Position numbers and translations under genes: made by a program. This document shows, piece by piece, positions 1 through 11,273 of a stretch of DNA of 64,000 nt. The first letter of the stretch is position 1, and each line of letters starts with the position of its first letter. Under the pieces are notes generated by a model. That model was not told the origin of the DNA. It searched no databases and worked only from the letters and a program-made list of their open reading frames with translations. This stretch comes from Nitrospirota bacterium (GTDB lineage: Bacteria; Nitrospirota; Nitrospiria; Nitrospirales; NS-4), in the NCBI GenBank assembly GCA_963788195.1, contig CAWBGA010000017.1:352001-416000 (forward strand), written 5' to 3'.

Positions 1-44
1 CCGACGTCATATTCGGGAGGAAGGTCTTCTGCCACCCGAAGAGA

Positions 45-3000
45 TCATTCCGGTAGGGTAGCTTCTTCAGAGCCGTTGTTTCTCTTCGGCGGAGAAAAGA
101 GAACGCGAAACTCAGTCTTTCCATCGGAGTGCAGATCGATGGTGCCGTTGAGTTGTTCGGTCAACATGTTCACGAGCTGAACCCCTAGGGACTTCGACTG
201 GTGAAAGTCCATATCCTTTGGGAATCCCACACCATTGTCCGCGACGATCAAAAGGAATTTCTCCTGCTCTTTTCGCAACTCGATTCGGATCTGGCCCGGC
301 CGATTCTCCGGGAACGCGTGCTTCAACGCGTTTGATATCAATTCGTTGATGATGAGTCCGCACGGAATCGCCGTGCCCACATCCCAGGACACCTCATCCA
401 CATTCACCTCCAGCTTGATGCGCTGCATGTCCACGTCATAGGAAAGAAAAAGGTTCGAGGCGAGATTACGGACATACTCCGAGAAGTCGATCTTCGAGAG
501 ATCCTGCGAGTGATACAGCTTCTCATGAATCAACGCCATCGAGCGGATGCGGTTCTGACTTTCCTTGAACACATCGCGGGGAGACTGATTCTTCTGAGTC
601 TCGGATTGGAGACGAAGCAGACTGGAGATAATTTGCAGGTTATTTTTTACCCTATGATGCACTTCTTTGAGCAATACTTCCTTTTCCCTCAGGGACGCCT
701 TGATGCGGTCCACTTCCACCTGCTTGCGCTCAGTAATGTCCTGCATGGCGAGCAGGACCATCTGCGTCCTGGTCTTCTCCCAAAAAATGACCCGCGCATT
801 CAGCAGCATGGTGCGACGACCGATCCGCGGAAACTCATTTTCTACCTCGAAGTCTTGAAACCTCCCGTTCTGTGGGATGAGACTCTCCAGCATCGTGCGT
901 AACTTCGGGATGTCCCACTGCCCTCTCCCAAGATCGAAGATGCTGCTGCCCTTCGTTTCCTCCGGGGCAACCCGAAACGTGTTGTAGAATGACCGGTTGG
1001 CGGTCTTCACACGGAGCTGGTCATCCAGCACAACCAGGGGTTCCCATATCGTCTCAATGATGCTCTCTGCATAATCCCGGGATTCCTTCAGCTCTTCGAG
1101 GCTGCCCTTAAAGGCATCGATGTCGACGAGGACCATCACGGCGCCTTCGATCCGATTATCGCTGGTCTTGTAGGGTCGGATCCGCATGGAATACCAGTGG
1201 CCTGCTTTGTCCTGGACTTCTTGCTCACGGATGATGCCGCTGCTGATGACCTTTAGGACGAGGTCCTCAAGATTCTCCACATTGAGGTTGTGATTGATAT
1301 CGGTCAAGGGCCTGCCCACATCGGCTGGAAGCAATTTCAAAACCGATTGGGCCAAGGGGGTAAACCGCCGAATACGGAGGTCGTTCCCCAGCATCACCAC
1401 CGGGATGTTGACACCGGCCAGCAAGTTCACAAGGTCATTGTTGACCTGGCTCAGCTCCTGATTGCGGTTTTGTAATTCCTCATTGACCGTGGTCAGCTCC
1501 TCGTTCGTCGATTGCAGCTCCTCCTTCGCCGTCTCCAACTCTTCGTTCGTGCTCTGAAGCTCTTCATTGCTGGACAGAATCTCTTCATTGGCGGACTTGA
1601 GCTCTTCATTGGTCGCTTCCTGCTCTTCGATAATCGACTGCAGATACTCTCGGCTCGCCAGGAGCTCCTGCTTGGCCTGCTCGAGTTGATGATTTTCGTG
1701 GCGACGCCCTTGCCCACCCTTCTGCAGGCCTCTCTTATCAGAAGAGGGCTCGTCCTTGAACAAAACCAGGTAGCAGGCGTCATTCGCGACATACGTCTTA
1801 AGCGGCAATACCTCGACGGCGATCTTCTTATGCTCGTCATTGAACTTGATGCTGATGTCGTGCTTTCGACAAGGGCTGCCGGTCTTCTTCGCTTTGTGGA
1901 CCATCGCGCGGACCTCAAGGTACAGTCCTTCACGAGCCATCTTTGATAAATTCACGCTGGGCTTGCCGGGCGAGGGCTCCAGATAGGGGCTGGTCTGCCC
2001 ACGAAATTGCAGAACGTCCAACTGCTCATTGACGATGACGCCCGCCGGCGTGTACTTCGAGAGGAGCAGCAGGTCGGCCTCCTTCTGCAGATCGTGTCCC
2101 TCAGGCGCATCACGCCCGGCCTGAGAGCGCATGATCCCCTGCGGCTCTGTCGGATAATCAGCCGTGAAATAGACCCCTGCAGGAGCAAGTGAGGGTTTGC
2201 GGACAAAAATCTTGTGCTTCCTGTCAATCAGCCGGAACAGTTCGGAGAAATTGCTGATGTTTTCCGAAGTCCCCAACACAAGGTATCCATGAGGCTTCAG
2301 CGCGTAGTGGAAGACTGGAAAGACCTTTTTTTGGAGCGGTTGGCCGAGGTAAATGAGCATGTTCCGGCAACTGATCAGATCCAGCCTCGAGAAGGGCGGG
2401 TCGCGAGTCAGGTCCTGTCTGGCAAAAATGCAGACGTCGCGCACGAATTTGGAGATCTGATATCCCTGATCCACCTTTGTATAAAACCGCTCGAGCCGAA
2501 CGGCGGAGACGTCGAGCGCAATATTTTCCACGTAAATGCCCTGCCGGGCGGTTTCAAGAGCCGTCTCGCTGATGTCCGTCGCGAAGATCTGCGGGCGGAA
2601 CTGGTTGACCCGCTCGCCGAGGAACTCGAAGAGGGCGATCGCGAGAGAATAGGCCTCCTCGCCGGTAGCACAGCCCGGCACCCAGACACGGATCCCTGTC
2701 CCGTTCTGTTGCTGTTCAAGGATCTTCGGGAAGATCTCGGTCTTCAGAGCCTCAAACGTTTCGGGATCGCGAAAGAAGCTCGTCACCTTGATCAGGAGGT
2801 CTTGATAGAGGTGCTGCACCGATCCGGGATTGTCCTCCAAGTATTGGACATACTGGTCGACTCGCTCAATCTTGTGAAGCGCCATTCGCCGGAGGATCCG
2901 CCGCATGATGGTATTGATCTTATAGTTCGAGAAATCGACGCCGGTCGTGGTTCGAAGCAAGCTCAAAATCGGCGCGATTGCCGTTTCGTGTTGCGCGAGT

Positions 3001-3744
3001 TCCTTGGCCTGCGGAGGCTTGATCATCGGATGCTCGGCCGATCCTGGCGAGTTCTCTCGCAAGGCCTTCAGGCGGCAGCACGTAATCCACGCAGCCCGTC
3101 AAGACTGCGTTGCGCGGCATGCCGCTGTGCTTCGCCGAACGTTCGTCCTGGGCCATCGCAATACCGCCCTGCGCTTTAATGGCCTGAATTCCCAGTACAC
3201 CGTCCGACGCCGTCCCGGACAGGATGACTCCGATCGCCTGGTGTTGCTGTACTTCCGCCAGTGAGCGAAAGAATACATCCACCGGCATGTGCTGTCCCCG
3301 GCTCAGAGACCGCGGACGGAGCTTCAGCATGCTCCCAGCCAGAATGATTTCGGTGTTTGCCGGTATAATGTAGACGTGATTTGGCGCGATCACCATGCCA
3401 TTGGTCACCTGTGTGACCGGCATTGCCGTGGTCTTGGAGAGTAAATCCGTCAGGAGACTCTCATGCGTAGGGTCCAAGTGCTGAACCAGCACAAAGGCCA
3501 TGCCGGTGTCTACTGGGAGGTTCTCGAGAAGGTGCGTGAAGGCTTCCAAGCCCCCCGCCGAGGCGCCGATGCCGACGACTGGGAATGGCAATCCACTCGC
3601 TTTCGTCCCACGGGGCGGGGGTTGCGGCTCGGCTCTGAGTTGCCGCTTTCTGGGGCCTAGGATTTTTCTGGCTGGCTGTCCCCGCTCAGTGGCTTTTCGG
3701 GCGACCGGTTTCGCCGACGGCGGCCGGGACTTCTTGTGTTTCAT
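45..3744 (-). CDS. CheB-CheR-PAS-HisKA_2/HATPase fusion protein (split by an indel near 3030-3060)
   Basis: ORF 2920..3744 has CheB motifs ([18 protein letters not shown]). ORF 45..3062 has CheR motifs ([23 protein letters not shown]), a coiled coil, PAS domains and the [12 protein letters not shown]-box. The two ORFs overlap out of frame. Confidence 0.88.
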
Positions 3745-3883
3745 ACCCTGATCCTAGTTCCTCGTGAGGTTGTTTTACGCTCTTACACCGGAAAAGTAAT
3801 GCGAATTCCACCTTCTTGCAGGGAAGAATCCTCCCTGGTGAGGCTAATAATCGTCATTGGCTGCATGGAGCAAGCCTGGAAGG

Positions 3884-5134
3884 CTAGCGCTTCGCCCGTG
3901 ACCTGTTCACCACTTTTTCCCGATACATGCGTTTGTCGGCCTCTTTCAATGTCTCGGTCAGCGGCCCTTTCTTGGCGGTGGCGGCCCCGAACGAAACCGA
4001 CAGCGGACACTCCTTGTGGGCGTCGTTATAAGCGGCGAGACTCTCTTTGATCCGCAGGATCGCCTCAGTTGTGGCGGCGGCATCGGTCATGGGCAAGAGG
4101 ATGGCAAACTCGTCCCCGCCGATCCGCGTGACGACATCCTCCGCACGAAACGCTCCCTTAATAACCTCGGCCGCATCACGCAGCACTCTATCCCCGGCCA
4201 GATGGCCATGGATATCATTTGTCGATTTGAATCGATCGATATCGCCGACGATCACGCTCACCGGGAAATGCCGGCCGCGTTCCAATCGCGCCAACTCCAC
4301 CTCAAAATACGCGCGGTTGTACAAACCCGTCAGGATGTCGTGGGTGCTCGCATACTGCAACTTGTCTTCGGCCTGCTTGCGCTCCGTGATATCGCGAAAG
4401 ACCAATACCACCCCGATCCCATGGCCGCTATTGCCGCGGATCGACGCGGCCCGATACTCGATAGGCGTCGCGCAGCCGGTTTTCGCCATGAGAATCGCCT
4501 CGCTCGGGCGATCAGGTACCTGCGACTCGCTAAGGATCCGCTCCAACTCGATCTCGGGGAGCTCTTCTCTCGCAAGAATATGAAACACTTCCGGAAAGCT
4601 CTGTTCGATGGCATCGGCCTGCTTCCACCCGGTCAGCTCCTCGGCCACCGGGTTCAGGAACTTCACCCGCCCGGCCACATCCGTGGCCATCACTGCGTCC
4701 CCGATACAGTGCAGAGTCGTGACCAGCCACTGCTCGCTTTCTTTGAGACGCCGCTCCATCTGGTGCTTGTAGAGAGCCACTTCGATGCACGTGTAGAGCT
4801 CACGTTCTTCGAATGGCTTAAGAATGTATCCGAACGGCTCCGTGACCTTCGCGCGCTGCAACGTAGCGGCGTCGGCATATGCCGTGAGGTACACGACCGG
4901 AATGTTGAACCGCCGACGCAGCTCCTCAGCCGTCTCCACCCCGTCCATCGCCCCCTTCAAGCGGATATCCATCAAGACCAGGTCGGGAGACGTCTCTTGC
5001 GCCCTTTTCAACGCCTCTTCGCCTGAAGAGGCCAGGGCAGGAACGTGGTATCCCAGCGCCTTCAAGCGATGCTCGATATCTTTTGCGACGATGTTTTCGT
5101 CTTCAACGACGAGGATCTGCGGGCCTGCCGACAT
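3884..5134 (-). CDS. REC-PAS-GGDEF diguanylate cyclase
   Basis: Receiver domain (ILVVEDE, DLVLMD, KPF), PAS, intact GGDEF with RxxD I-site (RAEDVVTRIGGDEF). Start placed at MSAGPQ. Confidence 0.92.
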   Translation of the reverse strand: MSAGPQILVVEDENIVAKDIEHRLKALGYHVPALASSGEEALKRAQETSPDLVLMDIRLKGAMDGVETAEELRRRFNIPVVYLTAYADAATLQRAKVTEPFGYILKPFEERELYTCIEVALYKHQMERRLKESEQWLVTTLHCIGDAVMATDVAGRVKFLNPVAEELTGWKQADAIEQSFPEVFHILAREELPEIELERILSESQVPDRPSEAILMAKTGCATPIEYRAASIRGNSGHGIGVVLVFRDITERKQAEDKLQYASTHDILTGLYNRAYFEVELARLERGRHFPVSVIVGDIDRFKSTNDIHGHLAGDRVLRDAAEVIKGAFRAEDVVTRIGGDEFAILLPMTDAAATTEAILRIKESLAAYNDAHKECPLSVSFGAATAKKGPLTETLKEADKRMYREKVVNRSRAKR

Positions 5135-5141
5135 GTAACGG

Positions 5142-6482
5142 TTACGGCCTTGCCGTTTTTCCGGGCCGCAATTTGGGAGAAAGCGAAGATGTTGTGCGAG
5201 GAATGCGGCTGATTTCGTCAAAGTACTTCACAAATGTCTTCATGCCACCCGCCGCCTGTCCCCAGTCAAACCGCTCATTGGGTGCGTGATATCCATGGTC
5301 GGGCAGGCTCAACCCCAGGAACATGACCGGTGCGCCCCAACGCTCCACCATGGTCACCACCGCCCCGATTGATCCACCTTCGCGGATGAACGCCGGTTCT
5401 TTTCCAAAGCCAAAGGTCAGCGCCTTCCGAGCAGCTTCGGCAAAAGGCCCGCCCAGGCTCCCGGCGTAGGGGCGCAGCATGCCGTCGGCTTCAACACAAA
5501 TATCTGGATTAAGCCGGCGTAGATATCGCGTAAATAAGCGCAAGACCGTTTCAGGCTTCTGATCGGGTACAAGGCGCATGCTCACCTTTGCCTCGGCTCG
5601 TGGAGCAATTGAGGTCTTGACCCCCGGTCCGGTATACCCGCCGACAAGCCCATGTACCTCGAACGTCGGCTCCGCCCAGATGCGCCGCATCACCATGTCG
5701 CGGTTATTCGTGCGAAGCTTTGTGAGACGATGCTCAGCCGCAAAGCTTTTCACATCAAAACCCGACTTGCGGAATTGAACAAGTTCCTGTTTTGTCACCT
5801 CGCGCGCGTCGTTATAGAATCCGGGGATCTTGACCCGCCCGGTCTTCGCGTCAACGCAATCCCCGATCGCCGCACAGAGCTCCGTCAGCGGGTTGCGCGC
5901 AGCACCCCCGGTGAGGCCGGAATGCGCTTCCCGCTTGGCGGTCGCCAGGCTCAGCCGCACAGCCAGCAGACCGCGGAGACCGTACGGGATGGCCGGTCGC
6001 CCGCCCGCCAGCCAGACCGTATCAGATACCACAACAGAATCCGGCGGGACAAGAGCTGAAGCCCGACTCAAGCCATCGCCGAAATGGGGACTGCCGATTT
6101 CCTCTTCGAGCTCCCAGCAGAACTGTATGTTGATCGGGACCTTTTGCTCGACGGCGTATCGAGCGCTAAGTAGCGCGGTCAGGGCGGGCCCTTTATCGTC
6201 CGTGGTGCCCCGCCCGTAATAAAGGTCTCCATCCACCACAAACTGAAACGGCGCGCGGGTCCACTCCGGCTCAAGGGCAGGTTGAACATCGAGGTGATTG
6301 TAGATCGTGACTGTCGGCCATTGCGGATTAGAGCTCCATCCCCCCACGACGAGCGGATGGCCTCCGGTCTCAACAATCGAGGCGTCGGCGCCGACGGCGG
6401 TCAGGTATTCCACAGCAACGGAGGCGCCGGCGCGGATATCATCGCTTTCGGTCCGGGTCCATGCTGACGGTGGGCACTTCAA
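5142..6482 (-). CDS. M20/M25/M40 family metallopeptidase (dipeptidase-like)
   Basis: YNHLDVQP, GRGTTDDKGP, EEEIGS, HSG and HAPNE motifs. Exact start uncertain. Confidence 0.9.
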   Translation of the reverse strand: MKCPPSAWTRTESDDIRAGASVAVEYLTAVGADASIVETGGHPLVVGGWSSNPQWPTVTIYNHLDVQPALEPEWTRAPFQFVVDGDLYYGRGTTDDKGPALTALLSARYAVEQKVPINIQFCWELEEEIGSPHFGDGLSRASALVPPDSVVVSDTVWLAGGRPAIPYGLRGLLAVRLSLATAKREAHSGLTGGAARNPLTELCAAIGDCVDAKTGRVKIPGFYNDAREVTKQELVQFRKSGFDVKSFAAEHRLTKLRTNNRDMVMRRIWAEPTFEVHGLVGGYTGPGVKTSIAPRAEAKVSMRLVPDQKPETVLRLFTRYLRRLNPDICVEADGMLRPYAGSLGGPFAEAARKALTFGFGKEPAFIREGGSIGAVVTMVERWGAPVMFLGLSLPDHGYHAPNERFDWGQAAGGMKTFVKYFDEISRIPRTTSSLSPKLRPGKTARP

Positions 6483-6571
6483 CCAGCCGGCCTAGCCAGG
6501 ACTCGAAGCGACTTCGGCTCTGCGCAATGTAGCTCTCAAGACCGCCGAAGACGCTCATCTCAGCTCATGAT

Positions 6572-6657
6572 GGGGACAGATTTATTTTCACCTTGGAGGG
6601 CAGGCAAAGCTCGGGGCGGCGGCGGAGAATTCATCGGCCGAAAATAAATCTGTCCCC
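6572..6657. repeat. 18-bp perfect inverted repeat with 50-bp spacer (REP/MITE-like)
   Basis: GGGGACAGATTTATTTTC (6572-6589) and GAAAATAAATCTGTCCCC (6640-6657), intergenic. Confidence 0.85.
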
Positions 6658-6664
6658 TTTTCAG

Positions 6665-8470
6665 TTACGCGGCCGCCTCAAGCTCGGCAACCATATCCCG
6701 AATTGTATCAAAGCCCGCCTGCCAAAAGGCCTCCGACCGGATGTCCACCCCAAGGTCCTTGAGTAGGGATTCCGGCGCGCGCGATCCACCGGCCGCCAGC
6801 AAGTTAAGGTATCGCGGAACGAAGGACTCCCCTTGAACCTTATACAGGCCGTACAACGCAAATACTAAAAGATTTCCGAAGCCATAGGCATAGCAATAGA
6901 ACGGACTCGCAAAGATATGCGGGATCGCCAGCCATTCCCACCGAAACTCATCCGGCACCGTGACTGCAGGGCCGAATTGCGCGCGCAGGTCCTCGAGATA
7001 GACACTGCACAATTCATCCATGGTACCGCCTTCGCCTATGATCCGATGCGCCTCTCGCTCAAACCGCACGAAGTAGGCCTGGCGGAGCACGGTGGCATAG
7101 ACGTCGTCCAGCTGTCGGATAAGCAGAGTGCGTTTTGCCGTCTTATCGCGCTCCGCAGCCATTAAGGTGTCAGACAGAATCCGCTCGCCAAAGACAGAAG
7201 CCGTCTCGGCCAAGGGCAGGGTTGAATGGAATGTGAAGACTGAATGGTCTTTCGCCAGCATGCCATGGACCGCGTGGCCGAGCTCATGGGCCAATGTCGC
7301 GATGTCTCGGATGTCGCCGTTGAAATTCAGCAATACGTACGGTGTCAGGTCAGGCAGCACACTGTAGCAGTAGGCGCCCCCGATCTTCCCGGGACGGATT
7401 GTTGCATCGATATGGCGGTGTGCCAACACCGTGGCGGCAAGATCAGCCATCTTGGGCGAAAAGCCGCGGTACGCGTCGAAGACCATCCGTGACGCTTGCT
7501 CGAAGCTGTAGCGCTTTCGCGCTTCCCGGAAGGGCGCGTAAATATGGTAGCGGCTCATTTTCGGAATCCGACACAGCCGCCCTTTCAATTCGAAATAATC
7601 CTGAAAGATGACGGCATTCTTGGCCGACACGTTGAGCAGGGTCTCTACCGAGTCCTCCGGCACATCATTCATGAGATTACGCACACTAATGGGAGAACGG
7701 TGGTGGCGCAGTCCAAGATGTTCCTGTTTCCAATCGACGACCAGCGTCTTATACATTTCCCCGACAACATCAGCGTGTTCGGCGTACACCCGGTACAGTT
7801 CTTTGTAGGCTGCTCGCCGAATGCCGGCGTCAGGGTCGCGTACATAACTCATTAAGGCTTCACGGTTGAGCGTGCGGGTTTTGCCCTTTGATGTGAGCCT
7901 GAACGTCAACCCATTGGTGAGAATATCATAGAGTCCTATCACTGCCTGGCGGCCCGTGACGCTTTTCACGTTGAGAATTTTCTCTTCGGGCTCGCTAAGA
8001 GTATGCGCTCGAAACCTGCGCAAGGACTCCAGATGATAAAGGTTATCGCCCGACGCTTTCATCAGCCGGGCGGCGTTGGCATCGTCCAGCGTCTGCCACC
8101 ACAGGTCGAAGAACAGCATCCGGTTTGCCACGCCGGCCTGGAATTCCTCGACCTTGGCCTTGAAGGCGCGGGCGGGCTGGTGGCGGGTATCCTCCGAGAA
8201 CCACAGATAGGCGTAGGCGCCCAGGCGGTTCATCGTGCACGTAATAGCTTCGGCAAGGCGGAGCGAATCCCGGAATCTGTCCTCCGAAATCTCCGGCGCA
8301 AGCGCCTCACGCACGCCCTCAAACCGCTGGACCTGAGTGTCCACCTCCCGGGTCACCGCGGCGAAGTACCGTTCCGGATCATCTAGGAGATCCTTGAGAT
8401 TCCACTGAGGTTGGTGCTGCGCCCGAGGTGTCGGCCGGCTTTTGCGTGGTCGGCTCTTTACCGCTCTCAT
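6665..8470 (-). CDS. pepF: M3 family oligoendopeptidase F
   Basis: N-terminal WNLKDL, GKIGGAYC, TLAHELGH zinc motif, AETASVFGE, PH...FYCYAY. Start MRAVKS overlaps the upstream stop (ATGA). Confidence 0.9.
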   Translation of the reverse strand: MRAVKSRPRKSRPTPRAQHQPQWNLKDLLDDPERYFAAVTREVDTQVQRFEGVREALAPEISEDRFRDSLRLAEAITCTMNRLGAYAYLWFSEDTRHQPARAFKAKVEEFQAGVANRMLFFDLWWQTLDDANAARLMKASGDNLYHLESLRRFRAHTLSEPEEKILNVKSVTGRQAVIGLYDILTNGLTFRLTSKGKTRTLNREALMSYVRDPDAGIRRAAYKELYRVYAEHADVVGEMYKTLVVDWKQEHLGLRHHRSPISVRNLMNDVPEDSVETLLNVSAKNAVIFQDYFELKGRLCRIPKMSRYHIYAPFREARKRYSFEQASRMVFDAYRGFSPKMADLAATVLAHRHIDATIRPGKIGGAYCYSVLPDLTPYVLLNFNGDIRDIATLAHELGHAVHGMLAKDHSVFTFHSTLPLAETASVFGERILSDTLMAAERDKTAKRTLLIRQLDDVYATVLRQAYFVRFEREAHRIIGEGGTMDELCSVYLEDLRAQFGPAVTVPDEFRWEWLAIPHIFASPFYCYAYGFGNLLVFALYGLYKVQGESFVPRYLNLLAAGGSRAPESLLKDLGVDIRSEAFWQAGFDTIRDMVAELEAAA

Positions 8471-10359
8471 GGCTCCTTGCCGCAATGCGCGCAGATCGAC
8501 CAGCCGACCTGAATCGTATGACCGCAACTGCATACGCGGCGGAGCAGTGTTCGGCAATATGGGCAATGCCGATATTCGGAGTTGATCGGTCGGCCGCAGC
8601 CCGAACAACTGTTCGCCGCATGCTCAGCAACCTCCAACACACGGCCGAGTTCATCGAGCGTGGTGAGCCCAGCCTTCGCCTTACTTAATGCGTCCTGCAT
8701 GAGGCTGTGCATCCCGGACTCCTGAGCGGCGAGCCGGACATCTTCTTCCGTCGCATCTCTTAAAATAAGATCACGGATCCGGGAATTCATCACGAGCATC
8801 TCAAATACCGCCATACGCCCCTTGTAACCGAGTTCCTGGCACTTGGAGCACCCCTTGCCCATCATGAAGCGGCCTTCCGCTACACTTGTCGGCGTGAGCC
8901 CGAGTGCCGAGACAACGTGCGGCTTGGGCTCGGCGGGAGCTTTACAGTCCGGACATATTCGTCGTACGAGACGCTGAGCGATGATTCCCGCCAGCACAGA
9001 GGCGAGCAAATAGCGGGGGATACCGATATCGAGCAGACGCGTGATGGTCGTGGGCGCGTCATTCGTATGCAGGGTCGTAAAAACCAGGTGACCGGTCAGC
9101 GCCGCGCGGCAGGCAATTTCGGCCGTCTCGGCATCGCGGATCTCGCCAACAAGCACCACGTCCGGGTCCTGGCGTAGAATGGAACGGAGGCCCTTCGCGA
9201 ACGTCAGCTCAATGTCGGGATTGACCTGCATCTGGTTCAGCCCCGGGTAGTGATATTCGATCGGATCCTCCACGGTGACGATATTGATCGCCGGCGACTT
9301 GATCCGATTCAGAATGGCGTACAAGGTCGTCGTCTTCCCACTGCCGGTTGGCCCCGTCACCACAATCATGCCCTTATGCCGGGTGATAAGGTCATTCATC
9401 CTATGGAGGTCATCCGGCAAAAACCCAATGGCGTCGAGCTCGTAGCCCCCACTGGAAGTATCCAAAATACGGATGACCGCTTTCTCACCCGATCGGAGCG
9501 GCATCGTCGATAGTCGAAGATCCGCGTCCCGCCCATCCACTTTCACCCGGACCGATCCGTCTTGCGGCAAGCGGCGTTCGGCGATATCCATCTTGCCGAG
9601 GATTTTCAGCCGTGAGACCAGGGCCGGATGCAACCGGGGCGGCACCTTGAGTTGATCCTGGAGCAATCCGTCCAGCCGGAACCGGACAATGCCTCCGGGA
9701 GAGCCTGGTTCGACATGGATGTCGCTTGCGCCGAGCTGAATAGCCTTACGCAGGATGAGATTCAACAACTGTATGACGGGCGCTTCCTCCGAATCGGCAT
9801 CGAGCGCGCTGGGCTCTGAGGAGCGGAATGCAAAGACCTGCTCGGGCGACTCACCGACGCCGGCCGCCATGAGAGCCCCGGCGCCCTCCAGATGTCGTGC
9901 ATAGAAGCGGTCGATCGCGTCCGTGATGTGCGAGCGGCATCCAATCGACGGCGTAATTTTGCAACCCCTGGCAAACGAGAGGTCCCGAATCGCTTCAAAA
10001 TCCAATGGATCTGCCATGACGACTTCGAGCCGGTCTTGGTTTTGGCGTAACGGTAGAACGGTATACTTGCGCGCAAGCGCTTCGGAAAGTAGCGTCAGTT
10101 CATTAGTCCCTAAGACCAAATTCACGACGTCGATATATTGCAATTTAAGATGCTGGGCGAGCACCGGGGTGAGCTGCACTTCGGTAAGCGCCCCACGCTC
10201 CACCAGCATTTCTCCCAAGCGTTTGCCTGAGCCTCGCTGGGCCTTAAGCGCATCTTCGAGCGCTTGAGCCGTAATGAGTCCGCGCCGAACTAGCACATCG
10301 CCCAACCGCTGCCGAGCTGTTGGTTCTGTTCTTTTTCTTGGGTCTAACGGCTCTTCCAC
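8467..10359 (-). CDS. PilB/GspE-family ATPase with N-terminal MshEN motif and C-terminal double zinc ribbon
   Basis: Walker A GPTGSGKTT, VEDPIE, LRQDPD..GEIRD, tetracysteine motif, tandem RLGxxLVxxG motifs and a CxxC-rich tail. GTG start inferred. Confidence 0.9.
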   Translation of the reverse strand: MEEPLDPRKRTEPTARQRLGDVLVRRGLITAQALEDALKAQRGSGKRLGEMLVERGALTEVQLTPVLAQHLKLQYIDVVNLVLGTNELTLLSEALARKYTVLPLRQNQDRLEVVMADPLDFEAIRDLSFARGCKITPSIGCRSHITDAIDRFYARHLEGAGALMAAGVGESPEQVFAFRSSEPSALDADSEEAPVIQLLNLILRKAIQLGASDIHVEPGSPGGIVRFRLDGLLQDQLKVPPRLHPALVSRLKILGKMDIAERRLPQDGSVRVKVDGRDADLRLSTMPLRSGEKAVIRILDTSSGGYELDAIGFLPDDLHRMNDLITRHKGMIVVTGPTGSGKTTTLYAILNRIKSPAINIVTVEDPIEYHYPGLNQMQVNPDIELTFAKGLRSILRQDPDVVLVGEIRDAETAEIACRAALTGHLVFTTLHTNDAPTTITRLLDIGIPRYLLASVLAGIIAQRLVRRICPDCKAPAEPKPHVVSALGLTPTSVAEGRFMMGKGCSKCQELGYKGRMAVFEMLVMNSRIRDLILRDATEEDVRLAAQESGMHSLMQDALSKAKAGLTTLDELGRVLEVAEHAANSCSGCGRPINSEYRHCPYCRTLLRRVCSCGHTIQVGWSICAHCGKEP

Positions 10360-10387
10360 GAGAAGACTCCTTCGAGCCCGACGATGA

Positions 10388-11209
10388 TTACTTCGTGACC
10401 AACATTGGGACAAACTCCTCTTCCTGCACGGTTTTCTGACCGTCTTTACCGAGCATGAAATCGATAAAGGCTTTCGCAACCGGGGATGGAGGATTCTTGG
10501 TGACCAATAAAATAGGACGACGCAACGGGTAGGCGCCTGAAGAGACGTTAGCCGGCTCCGGTTCCAGTCTATTAATGGCAAGCAAGCGAATCGGGACCCC
10601 GACACTCACATTATTGACGCCCACGTTGAGATCCAGATAACTGATGCCATTGAGGCTTCCCGCGACGGCCTTGACTGCCTCCTTATCGGGCTCAACGACT
10701 CCCTTTCCCTTTACGTGATTACCGTTCAGGTTCAGCAGTTGCTCAAAATAGGGACGCACCCCCTTGCCTTCCTCACGTTCAATCACGCTGATTCGGGAGT
10801 CGAGCCCCCCCAGCTCGTCCCACGTCTTGACCTTACCGCTAAAAATGTCGGCGAGCTCACTGAGCTTCACTTCCGACACCCGGTTCGATGCGTTCACCAT
10901 TACAGCGATGCCTTCCCACCCGACCACAGCCGACATGAGAGCCTTCTCTTCGGGAGGAAGATCGTTGCCGACCACGGCGAGGTCCACTGTGCCATCTCTT
11001 ACAGCGGCCAGAGCATCACTCCCCTCAGGCTCCACGACCCGGGTGCGTATCTTCGGATTTTGCTTTTCAAACTTGACCGCCGCCTTTTCAAAAATACCTT
11101 GCTCGCGCCCGTTCACCTGCACCGTCAGCTTGCCCGATAGATCGCCGGCGGCTGCCACGGTGCTCGACAGTAATGTCCCGATAACCACCAGTAGCTGTGT
11201 TGTACGCAT
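10388..11209 (-). CDS. PstS-like periplasmic substrate-binding protein
   Basis: Signal peptide, GIAVMVNASN, IFSGKVKTW, GAYPLRRP, AFIDFMLG motifs. No pstCAB nearby. Confidence 0.75.
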   Translation of the reverse strand: MRTTQLLVVIGTLLSSTVAAAGDLSGKLTVQVNGREQGIFEKAAVKFEKQNPKIRTRVVEPEGSDALAAVRDGTVDLAVVGNDLPPEEKALMSAVVGWEGIAVMVNASNRVSEVKLSELADIFSGKVKTWDELGGLDSRISVIEREEGKGVRPYFEQLLNLNGNHVKGKGVVEPDKEAVKAVAGSLNGISYLDLNVGVNNVSVGVPIRLLAINRLEPEPANVSSGAYPLRRPILLVTKNPPSPVAKAFIDFMLGKDGQKTVQEEEFVPMLVTK

Positions 11210-11273
11210 ATATTACCCTTTCATCACAGGATTACCCTAACATAATCATACCAGATGCCCTATCTTCATCTTA

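Noticed and set aside
2214..5026. Long plus-strand ORFs (2214..3179, 4016..5026) and other antisense ORFs
   Set aside because: Shadow ORFs opposite motif-bearing genes, as expected in GC-rich DNA.
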